A stretch of DNA of 40,550 bases from a virus (Duplodnaviria; Caudoviricetes), in IMG/VR virus record IMGVR_UViG_3300037524_001137, positions 1-40,550 of that record; one strand, given 5' to 3'. Both the position numbers and the translations under genes were made by a program. Positions 1-7,100 of this stretch are shown piece after piece. How positions within the stretch are numbered: position 1 is the first letter of the stretch; each line of letters opens with the position of its first letter. Under the pieces are notes generated by a model. The model was not told the origin of the DNA. It made no database searches and saw only the letters and a program-made list of their open reading frames with translations.

Positions 1-2
1 TC

Positions 3-170
3 GAACTGGTGGAAGCCTGGGTTGCTGCGCAATCACAAGCGGTTCAGATTGAGTACGCCGACCGCAACGATTGGCGCCGTACCTGGCCGTTGATCGAAGA
101 AGCCAGGGTCGTCCTGGGCAAGACGCCAGAAGAAATAGATGCCTTGTTCAGTCTCGCGGTGACGTTGTGA
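3..170 (+). CDS. Partial (3' end) phage tail-fibre-associated protein
   Basis: Frame 3 is open from the window edge: ELVEAWVAAQSQAVQIEYADRNDWRRTWPLIEEARVVLGKTPEEIDALFSLAVTL*. This resembles a common C-terminus of phage fibre-associated proteins. Its stop overlaps the next start (GTGA). Confidence 0.65.
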   Translation, partial: ELVEAWVAAQSQAVQIEYADRNDWRRTWPLIEEARVVLGKTPEEIDALFSLAVTL

Positions 171-703
171 CTCGACAACTGACCGAAGAAGAGGTGATTG
201 CCCGCTACGGCAAGCCAAACCAGCGTGGCACATACCTGCGCCCGGTTACGCTGCCCTTCCCTCTGCGGGTCGCTTGGGCACCGCAAACGCTCGTGCGCCG
301 CCTGAATTGCCACAAGTTAGAAGGGGATCGGATTGCCGCTATTTTCGGTGACATTCTGGCTTACTACGGGCCTAAGCGCATCCGCGAACTGGGCATCGAC
401 CTGTTCGGCGGCTGCTTCAATTATCGCCGCATGAAACTGCACAATGCCTGGAGTCGTCACGCATGGGGTATTGCTATCGACCTCGACCCGGATCGAAACG
501 GGCTGCATGTTGATCATACCCGGGCGCAGTTTGCGCGACCCGAATATGCCCCGCTCATCGACGCCTTCGAGTCGCACGGTTGGATCAATTTAGGGCGCAG
601 GCTCGACATGGACTGGATGCACTTTGAGGCCGGTTACTCCGTGCCTGATCGAAATGCCTCCGCTTCGCCTGACGACAAAAATCCGTTTATCGCATACGGC
701 TGA
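167..703 (+). CDS. M15-family Zn peptidase endolysin (L-Ala-D-Glu / D-Ala-D-Ala peptidase-like)
   Basis: Motifs SRHAWGIAIDLD and DWMHFE (S-x-H-x6-D ... H-x-E). GTG at 167 overlaps the upstream stop. Confidence 0.85.
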   Translation: MTRQLTEEEVIARYGKPNQRGTYLRPVTLPFPLRVAWAPQTLVRRLNCHKLEGDRIAAIFGDILAYYGPKRIRELGIDLFGGCFNYRRMKLHNAWSRHAWGIAIDLDPDRNGLHVDHTRAQFARPEYAPLIDAFESHGWINLGRRLDMDWMHFEAGYSVPDRNASASPDDKNPFIAYG

Positions 704-708
704 ACGAC

Positions 709-807
709 ATGAAACGCTCCCGCGAATTTCCCGACTCTGCTGACATCGCCGCCATCTGCCTCGTGCTGCTGATGGCCATGACGGCCATCGTGGCGGTGAC
801 ACAGTGA
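709..807 (+). CDS. 32-aa single-TM microprotein
   Basis: MKRSREFPDSADIAAICLVLLMAMTAIVAVTQ*. Starts 5 nt after the peptidase stop and is TGATG-coupled to the next ORF. Confidence 0.55.
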   Translation: MKRSREFPDSADIAAICLVLLMAMTAIVAVTQ

Positions 808-905
808 TGGGCCACCTAATCATGGGCGCGTCAATGACCTGGCTGGCCGTAACCAGCAGCCTATGGGCCGCGTCCGTTGTCTTCGCTTGGGGGTCATCGC
901 TGTGA
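807..905 (+). CDS. 32-aa hydrophobic microprotein
   Basis: MGHLIMGASMTWLAVTSSLWAASVVFAWGSSL*. TGATG overlaps at both ends (805-809, 903-907). Confidence 0.55.
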   Translation: MGHLIMGASMTWLAVTSSLWAASVVFAWGSSL

Positions 906-1444
906 TGCCATCGAAGCCATTGGCCTGGGGCGCCAGGGTCAGCCAGCCCTTTAGGGACCGGGTCTATCGGCTGTGCGCCGAGTTGTCCTGGAGCGAGGAT
1001 CATGCGAGTTGGCTGATGGCCTGTATGGCGCTGGAGACAGGGCGCACATTCAGCCCGTCGGTCAAGAATACAGGTAGCAGCGCGATTGGCCTGATTCAAT
1101 TCCTAGAGAAAACAGCGCAATACCTCGGCACCTCAACGTCCGAATTGAAACGAATGAGCGCGGTGGAGCAATTGGACTATGTCCAGCGTTACCTGGCCCC
1201 GTATTCGCCGCGCATCCGGTCGCTGGAGGATATGTACCTGTCTATCCTCTGGCCCGCTGCCGTCGGCAAGCCCCTTGATCTGGTGCTGTGGCGCAAGGGC
1301 GATCCTGCCTATAAAGTCAACAAGGGCCTCGATGCCAATAAGAACGGCAGCATCACAAAGCGCGAAGCGGCGCAGAAGGTCCGCGATCTCCTGGCCGATG
1401 GCCTGAAACCCGGCAATGTCTGGACGCCTGGGGGGTATGTATGA
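905..1444 (+). CDS. Lysozyme-like / lytic transglycosylase endolysin with C-terminal EF-hand-like loop
   Basis: LMACMALETG (putative catalytic Glu), SAIGLIQF (GLxQ motif), DANKNGSITKRE loop. ATG 905 is coupled to the upstream stop. Confidence 0.8.
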   Translation: MPSKPLAWGARVSQPFRDRVYRLCAELSWSEDHASWLMACMALETGRTFSPSVKNTGSSAIGLIQFLEKTAQYLGTSTSELKRMSAVEQLDYVQRYLAPYSPRIRSLEDMYLSILWPAAVGKPLDLVLWRKGDPAYKVNKGLDANKNGSITKREAAQKVRDLLADGLKPGNVWTPGGYV

Positions 1445-1635
1445 CCAAAGCTGAGCTTTCTGCCTTACGAGACTGGGCTACCCCGCTATCCGCCGATGTC
1501 GAAGACTGGCTAGAGTCTGTGGTCGATTCGATCATGGAACAGTACGAAGAGGCCGGCACGCCGCTGAAGGGCGGCTCACCGATCTTTGAAGCTCTCTGCA
1601 AAGCCTATACGGTTGGCAGAAATGACGCGCTCTGA
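1441..1635 (+). CDS. Hypothetical protein (64 aa)
   Basis: ATGA overlap with the endolysin stop; fills the gap in the operon. Confidence 0.6.
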   Translation: MTKAELSALRDWATPLSADVEDWLESVVDSIMEQYEEAGTPLKGGSPIFEALCKAYTVGRNDAL

Positions 1636-2077
1636 AGTCCGCGATCTCCAGCAGGCCCTTAACGAGTCCGGTTTCGCCTATCAGATCCTGGGGGAGCCCC
1701 TCGACGTGGACGGCATCTATGGTCCTGCTACGGATCGTGTACACCGCGCCTGGCTCGATCGTGACACGGCGATACCCACGGTCACCCCGCAGCCGGCAAA
1801 GCCCTGGTGGACCCACAGAGCCCTCCTGGGCGGGCTTGCCACCGTGCTTGCATCCGTCGCCGCGATAGCGGGACTGGAGGTGGATAGTGGGCAGTTATCC
1901 GAGGTGCTGGTTGCCGCCGTCACCGCGATTACCGGGGCGCTTTCGATGTGGGGCGCGATCCGTGAGAAGGGCGGGGTTGATCCTACTCTCGTGGCTGGCA
2001 CTATGCGGCTGCCAGTGCGGACCCACCGCCCGAGCGACCCCGATGAGGACCCCAGAGGGGTCTTTCGGGATCTCTGA
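1622..2077 (+). CDS. Peptidoglycan-binding domain fused to a 2-TM holin-like domain
   Basis: VRDLQQALNESG...DVDGIYGPAT (PG_binding_1 motif), then KPWW and two hydrophobic helices. Confidence 0.7.
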   Translation: MTRSEVRDLQQALNESGFAYQILGEPLDVDGIYGPATDRVHRAWLDRDTAIPTVTPQPAKPWWTHRALLGGLATVLASVAAIAGLEVDSGQLSEVLVAAVTAITGALSMWGAIREKGGVDPTLVAGTMRLPVRTHRPSDPDEDPRGVFRDL

Positions 2078-2117
2078 ATTTATGCTTGGCATCAATTGCC
2101 GGGAAATAGTCAAATGA
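1962..2117 (+). CDS. Overlapping lipoprotein (o-spanin/Rz1-like candidate)
   Basis: GTG start; MRRAGLILLSWLALCG-C has a basic n-region, hydrophobic h-region and lipobox-like LCGC. It lies in the +1 frame of the previous gene, and its stop overlaps the ATG at 2114 (ATGA). Confidence 0.6.
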   Translation: MRRAGLILLSWLALCGCQCGPTARATPMRTPEGSFGISEFMLGINCREIVK

Positions 2118-2347
2118 AATCCCTCCTCCTCGCTACCATCATCGCCGCCCTGAAAGCCTATGTCGGGGGCGGCCTGTTCCAGCGCATTTTAGCGCTGGTC
2201 GTCGGCCTGGCAGATCGCCAGGAACTGAACGGCCAGGAAAAGATGGCCCTGGTACTCGATACCGCTCGCCGCGAGGCGATGGGATTGGGCGAGACGCTGG
2301 TCCGCGCCGTGGTCGAGGTGATCCTGCTTAAGCTCAAGGCGTCCTGA
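2114..2347 (+). CDS. Small membrane-associated protein (holin-like)
   Basis: 77 aa with a hydrophobic N-terminus (MKSLLLATIIAALKAYVGGG), in the lysis context. Confidence 0.55.
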   Translation: MKSLLLATIIAALKAYVGGGLFQRILALVVGLADRQELNGQEKMALVLDTARREAMGLGETLVRAVVEVILLKLKAS

Positions 2348-2348
2348 C

Positions 2349-2528
2349 ATGACCCTCACGCAGGCCGTGCATCGTCACGAGCACTCGATTGAGGAGCTGC
2401 TTCAGGATGTAGCCTGGCTAAAGGCGGAAGTGGCCCTGCTGCGCCAGGAGTTGTCCTATGTCCGCCCCGTCCCATCGCTACGGCACAGCCCCGCCGAGAT
2501 TCGCCCACACGTTTCGCCCGAGCCTTAA
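2349..2528 (+). CDS. 59-aa coiled-coil protein
   Basis: MTLTQAVHRHEHSIEELLQDVAWLKAEVALLRQELSY... starts 1 nt after the previous stop and is below the ORF-track cutoff. Confidence 0.5.
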   Translation: MTLTQAVHRHEHSIEELLQDVAWLKAEVALLRQELSYVRPVPSLRHSPAEIRPHVSPEP

Positions 2529-2532
2529 TCCT

Positions 2533-2781
2533 GTGAAAGACGACGACACCGACGCCCAGGTTAAGACCTTGCTTCATGAGCACCGTATCGGGCGCCTTGA
2601 GGAGTCCGACAAGCACCAGTGGGACAAGATCCGCGACCATTCGAGCTGGTTTCAGGAGCTTCACATCACCATGAAACTGGTCAAAATCGGTATCGGCTTT
2701 CTGTCCGTTCTTGGACTGGCGGTCGTGGTTTGGGTGCGTGGCGGTTGGGAAGCTCTGGCCGCTTTGATTATAGGTAGGTGA
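2533..2781 (+). CDS. Coiled-coil plus C-terminal TM protein (XhlA/holin-like)
   Basis: HEHRIGRLEE coiled-coil followed by TM segment IGIGFLSVLGLAVVVWV. GTG 2533 is the preferred start. Confidence 0.55.
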   Translation: MKDDDTDAQVKTLLHEHRIGRLEESDKHQWDKIRDHSSWFQELHITMKLVKIGIGFLSVLGLAVVVWVRGGWEALAALIIGR

Positions 2782-3143
2782 CAATGACAAGGGTCGCTAT
2801 CGTGAGAGAGTGGATGCTGATACTGGCAATCGTCATTGCGGCGGTTGCGATTCTTGCCGGTGGACTGGCCTATCGTCAGGAGATGATCGAAGACGAGGCC
2901 GAGGAAGTCACCATCTCCCGGCTGCTGGAGATTGTTGACCACAATCAACAGCTTTTGACCGAACTCAAAACGAAACCCTCTGCCAGGCCCCTGGCGTTTG
3001 ATGCCTGCGCTGGAACGGATATTGTTGCGGCCTTGCGTAAGCAAGGCGTCGCCATTAAGCCCTTGGAATTTGAAGAGCGGTGCGCAAATGCGCAAGCGAA
3101 AACCTCCGGCGCCGCACCACCATCAATTCCCCCTCAACCCTGA
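2778..3143 (+). CDS. N-terminal TM protein with predicted periplasmic helical domain (i-spanin-like candidate)
   Basis: TM segment WMLILAIVIAAVAILAGGLAY, helical body with two Cys, Pro-rich tail. Confidence 0.45.
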   Translation: MTMTRVAIVREWMLILAIVIAAVAILAGGLAYRQEMIEDEAEEVTISRLLEIVDHNQQLLTELKTKPSARPLAFDACAGTDIVAALRKQGVAIKPLEFEERCANAQAKTSGAAPPSIPPQP

Positions 3144-3194
3144 TTTTCCGGCCCACCGCCGGCCCATTGACCCCCTCAACCGCGAGAAACAACT

Positions 3195-3626
3195 ATGGCC
3201 ATTACTGCCGCATTGTGCAACAGCTACAAGAAAGAGATCCTGGATGGTGTCCACGAGGCCGCTGACACTTACAAAATCGCTCTTTATACCTCCTCCGCTA
3301 CCCTGTCCAAGGCCACCACCGCCTACTCTGGCACCAATGAAGTCGCCAACGGTAACGGCTACACCACAGGCGGGGCCACCTTGACCGGCTTCTCCACCTC
3401 CCTTGACGGGGATGTGGCCATTCTGGATTTCACCTCTGACCCGGAATGGACCGATGCCACCATCACCGCCGCCGGTGCCCTGATCTATAACAGCAGCCAG
3501 TCGAATAAAGCCGTGGCCGTGCTGAGCTTCGGCGGTGACATCACCTCCACTGCCGGCACCTTCAAAGTCACGTTCCCGGCTGCCGCTGCCTCGACGGGCT
3601 TAATCCGCCTCGAAGCCCCGGCTTAG
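3195..3626 (+). CDS. Phage virion structural protein (fibre-associated)
   Basis: MAIT..CNSYKKEILDG.H...YKIALYTSSATL...TTAYS.TNEV...GYT.GG resembles a widespread environmental-phage family found next to repeat fibres (recalled, not searched). Confidence 0.65.
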   Translation: MAITAALCNSYKKEILDGVHEAADTYKIALYTSSATLSKATTAYSGTNEVANGNGYTTGGATLTGFSTSLDGDVAILDFTSDPEWTDATITAAGALIYNSSQSNKAVAVLSFGGDITSTAGTFKVTFPAAAASTGLIRLEAPA

Positions 3627-3639
3627 TAGGGGATAGCCA

Positions 3640-4083
3640 ATGCCCACCGCTCGCTATTCAAGCCTCTGGGACCGCCTGCGCGGGGACCATGCCTCCTATT
3701 CCGCTACGGACTGGGAGGCATGGCTACAGACGAATTACCCCGATGCCGTGGCGCGAACGGCATCCGGCGGCTATGTCAGCGCCCACGGCAACCCGCGTTC
3801 CTGGCAGATATGCCCGGCCACCTTGGCGGAAATCATCTGGGTTTATCAGCGGGGCATACTAAGCGCCGCCCAAGCCCGGGCGATCTTCAGTTTTTCGGAC
3901 CATGAAGCCGCTCAAATTGGCGATGTGCAGACCTGGCTTAATGCCGCCGGCACGGCCAATCAACAGATCCTGCGCTGGCGGGATCTTGGCTGCATCATGG
4001 ATATGATCGAGCAGCGGGCGATTGAATCGAAAACCTACCTGTACAACATGGCCGGCATCCGTGCCGATGCCGCCAGCGGCTAA
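3640..4083 (+). CDS. Hypothetical protein
   Basis: 147-aa ORF with an upstream GGGGA SD-like sequence, co-oriented in the operon. Confidence 0.7.
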   Translation: MPTARYSSLWDRLRGDHASYSATDWEAWLQTNYPDAVARTASGGYVSAHGNPRSWQICPATLAEIIWVYQRGILSAAQARAIFSFSDHEAAQIGDVQTWLNAAGTANQQILRWRDLGCIMDMIEQRAIESKTYLYNMAGIRADAASG

Positions 4084-4102
4084 TCGACTAGCCTAAGCCG
4101 CT

Positions 4103-7100
4103 GTGGCTAAATTCGCCAAAGTCGTCACGGGTGCCCTGACCACCTCGGGGACGTGTGATATCACGTCTTCCGGGGCAGGCACTTGTGATGGGGCGATTGT
4201 CTATTTCACCTCGGCGACATCGACCAATACTGATACTGATCAATCCTCGCTATCCACAACCGTATTTGATGGAACAAATACTTACGGTGTTTCTGAATGG
4301 GATACAGACAACAGCTCAAAGTCAAATAGCAGATCCAGGTTATCAGTTAATGTAAACGGGTTCGATACCTCTACATCATTAGAATATGGCACAATTTCAA
4401 CAATTAGTGATGGTATTAGGATTACCTGGCTTGATCCTCCGCCCAGTGGTTATCGATATGTTGCTATCCTATTTTTTGGTGGATTCAGTTTAAAAGCTGG
4501 GTATCTCAATACATCAGCAACCCTAAATGCTACATCGTCCTATAGCGGAGCATCTTTTATACCGCAATGCGGTTTATTTTACTGGGCAACAACTTCAGGT
4601 AATTTTAACGAGACTCCCCAGGCCACTACGGGAGGAATTTTGTCACACGGTACGTTTATTTATAACGAAAGCACTATTACGCAACGTGCTGTATATTATT
4701 TTTCAGTACATAGTCAAAATGATTCCACTATTATAACACAAGCCAGTAATAATGCTGTCGGAATAAATAATTCCCCCTGTTATTACCAAGTAACCTCGGT
4801 TGCTTCCAATGGCTTCACCATCACCACGAAAGGAACCACTGGAAATGCTGATACCTGCATTTTTCTGCTAATCGGTGGGCTTAATGACGTAGCACTTAAT
4901 GACACCGCCTGCCCTGCCAGCACGGGGGATAAATCCTGGGAAGGTCCTGGATTCCAGCCCGATCTGATCATCATGGCGCAGTCAGCTCTGGCGGCGTACA
5001 ATACCGAATACACGACAGAAGACGGCAATCTCGCCATCGGTACCCATGATGGCACCACGGGCGGAGGCGTAGCGGTTTGGAGCTTGGATAACGCCGCTAC
5101 TACAAATACCGGCTCTCGCACCAACAGCACGAATTTCCTCCAATCCTATCAGACGACAGCAGCCAAGCAGTTCGCCGCGTCATTCAGCTCATTTGATTCC
5201 CTCGGCTACAACCTCAATTACAGCGAAGTCTCCAGCGGGGGAATTGGCTTTACCCTGGCCCTGCAATTTGAATCCGGGAGCGTTAATGGCACCGCCACCC
5301 CTACAGGTGTAGCGGGGGTCGCCAAACTCAGCACCGCGACGGCAAAGGGCGGGGCGACCAAAACTGTTACCGGCGTTCGAGCGGTGGGCAAACTCGGGAC
5401 AGCGGTCGCCACTGCCATTACTCACGCCGAGGCCCTGCCAGCGGGCGTAGCAAGCCTGGCAACCTCCGGCACTGTCAGCGCCACCGGTACGGCAACGACG
5501 GGCGTAACTGGGCAGACGGCGATTGGTGCTTCCGGTATCGCCATCGCCACAGGCACGGCCAACTATTCAGTCGTTGGCCAGGCTTCTATCGCCGCTTACG
5601 GCATGGCCACCGCCAGCGGTGCAGGTACGGCCACAGCCACCAGCCAGTCCGCCATGGCCGCCTATGGCACGGCTACTGCTACCGGCACAGCCCTCGCTAC
5701 AGCCACCGGCCAATCTTCCAGCGCTACGACAGGAACTGCCACAGCCACGGGTGATGCCGCCAGCACCGTAACGGGAATTTCCGTCCTCGGTGCCTTGGGT
5801 ACCGCCACAGCAACGGGCGCCGCTACTGCTAGCGTTACCGGACAATCTACCATCACCACCACCGGCACGGCTGCCGTCTCTGCTGCTGCCATCCTGTCGG
5901 TCATCGGGCAGTCGTCCACAGCCGCTACCGGCACGGTTGCCGCGACCGGCGATGGGACGGCAACCGTTGACGGCCAGGCAGCCATTGGCGCCCTTGGCAC
6001 ATCCACTGCCGCCGCTTACAGCATGGCCGAGGCCCTACCCGCTGGGGTCTATGCCGTCGCCACCCAGGGTACCGCGACCGCGACTGGGGGCGCGACAGCG
6101 AGCGTTACAGGACAGGCGGCAACGGGCAGATATGGCACCGCAACCGCTACTGGAGCAGGGATTGCTACCGTATTGGGCCAGTCCGCCCTTGCTACTCAGG
6201 GCACCGCAACCGCCACGGGTGACGCGCAACATGCTGCGACGGGTCAAGCGGCAGTCGGCACACACGGCACCGCGACGGCGACGGGTGCCGCCGTTGCTAC
6301 CGTCCTGGGCCAGGCGGCGATTGGCGCTTCCGGCACGGTCATCGCTACCGGCGCCGCGAGCTACACCGCGACCGGGCAGGCGGCCACGGCGACATCCGGT
6401 ACGGTCACTGCTTCCGGTACCGCCAGCGCCACCCTCACCGGACAGGCCGGTGTAGCCACTACTGGAACGGCAACCGCCACCGGAACGGCCATCGCTACCA
6501 TCACAGGTCAGGCGGCTGTTGCCAGCGTCGGCACGGCGACGGCGACCGCTACCGCCACGGCGACCGCCTCGCCCGAGGGTGTTGCGGCCCTCGCTGCCTG
6601 GGGTGCTGCCGCCGCCACTGGTACTGCTACCAGCACGGCTACAGGCATCCAGGCCATCGCCACCACCGGCACGGCGACGGCTACCGGCACTGCTTTTGCA
6701 GATGTCATCGGCCAATCCGCCGTTGGCGTCCAAGGTACCGCAACCGCCACGGGTACCGGCATCGCTGTTCCTGTCGGGCAGGCGACCATCGCCACCCAAG
6801 GCACGGCCACTGCCACGGGCACCGCCCTGACCGACGTCACCGGCCAGTCGGCCCTGGCGACGACCGGCTCAGTCATCCCCACAGGCGATGCGCTGGCTAC
6901 CATCACGGGGCATGCGTCCACCGCTGCCCAAGGCACGGCTACCGCCACGGGCGCCGCCAACAGCCTGCCAGGCGGTCAGGCGGCCATCGCTGCCACCGGC
7001 ATAGTCAATGCTTCTGCTACCGTAACAGGTGCTGCGCTACCCGATGGCGTGGCAGCTTTAGCCACATGGGGCGATGTCATCGCTTCGGGTGCTGCTGTCA

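Noticed and set aside
71-166. Longer ORF-track starts (71; likewise 863, 1586, 11413, 22811, 31349, 35872)
   Set aside because: They overlap upstream genes or lack an RBS; downstream starts show stop/start coupling or better context.
2998-3384. ORF overlapping the i-spanin-like gene as an o-spanin
   Set aside because: No hydrophobic h-region or lipobox, and it overlaps the 3195 structural gene extensively.
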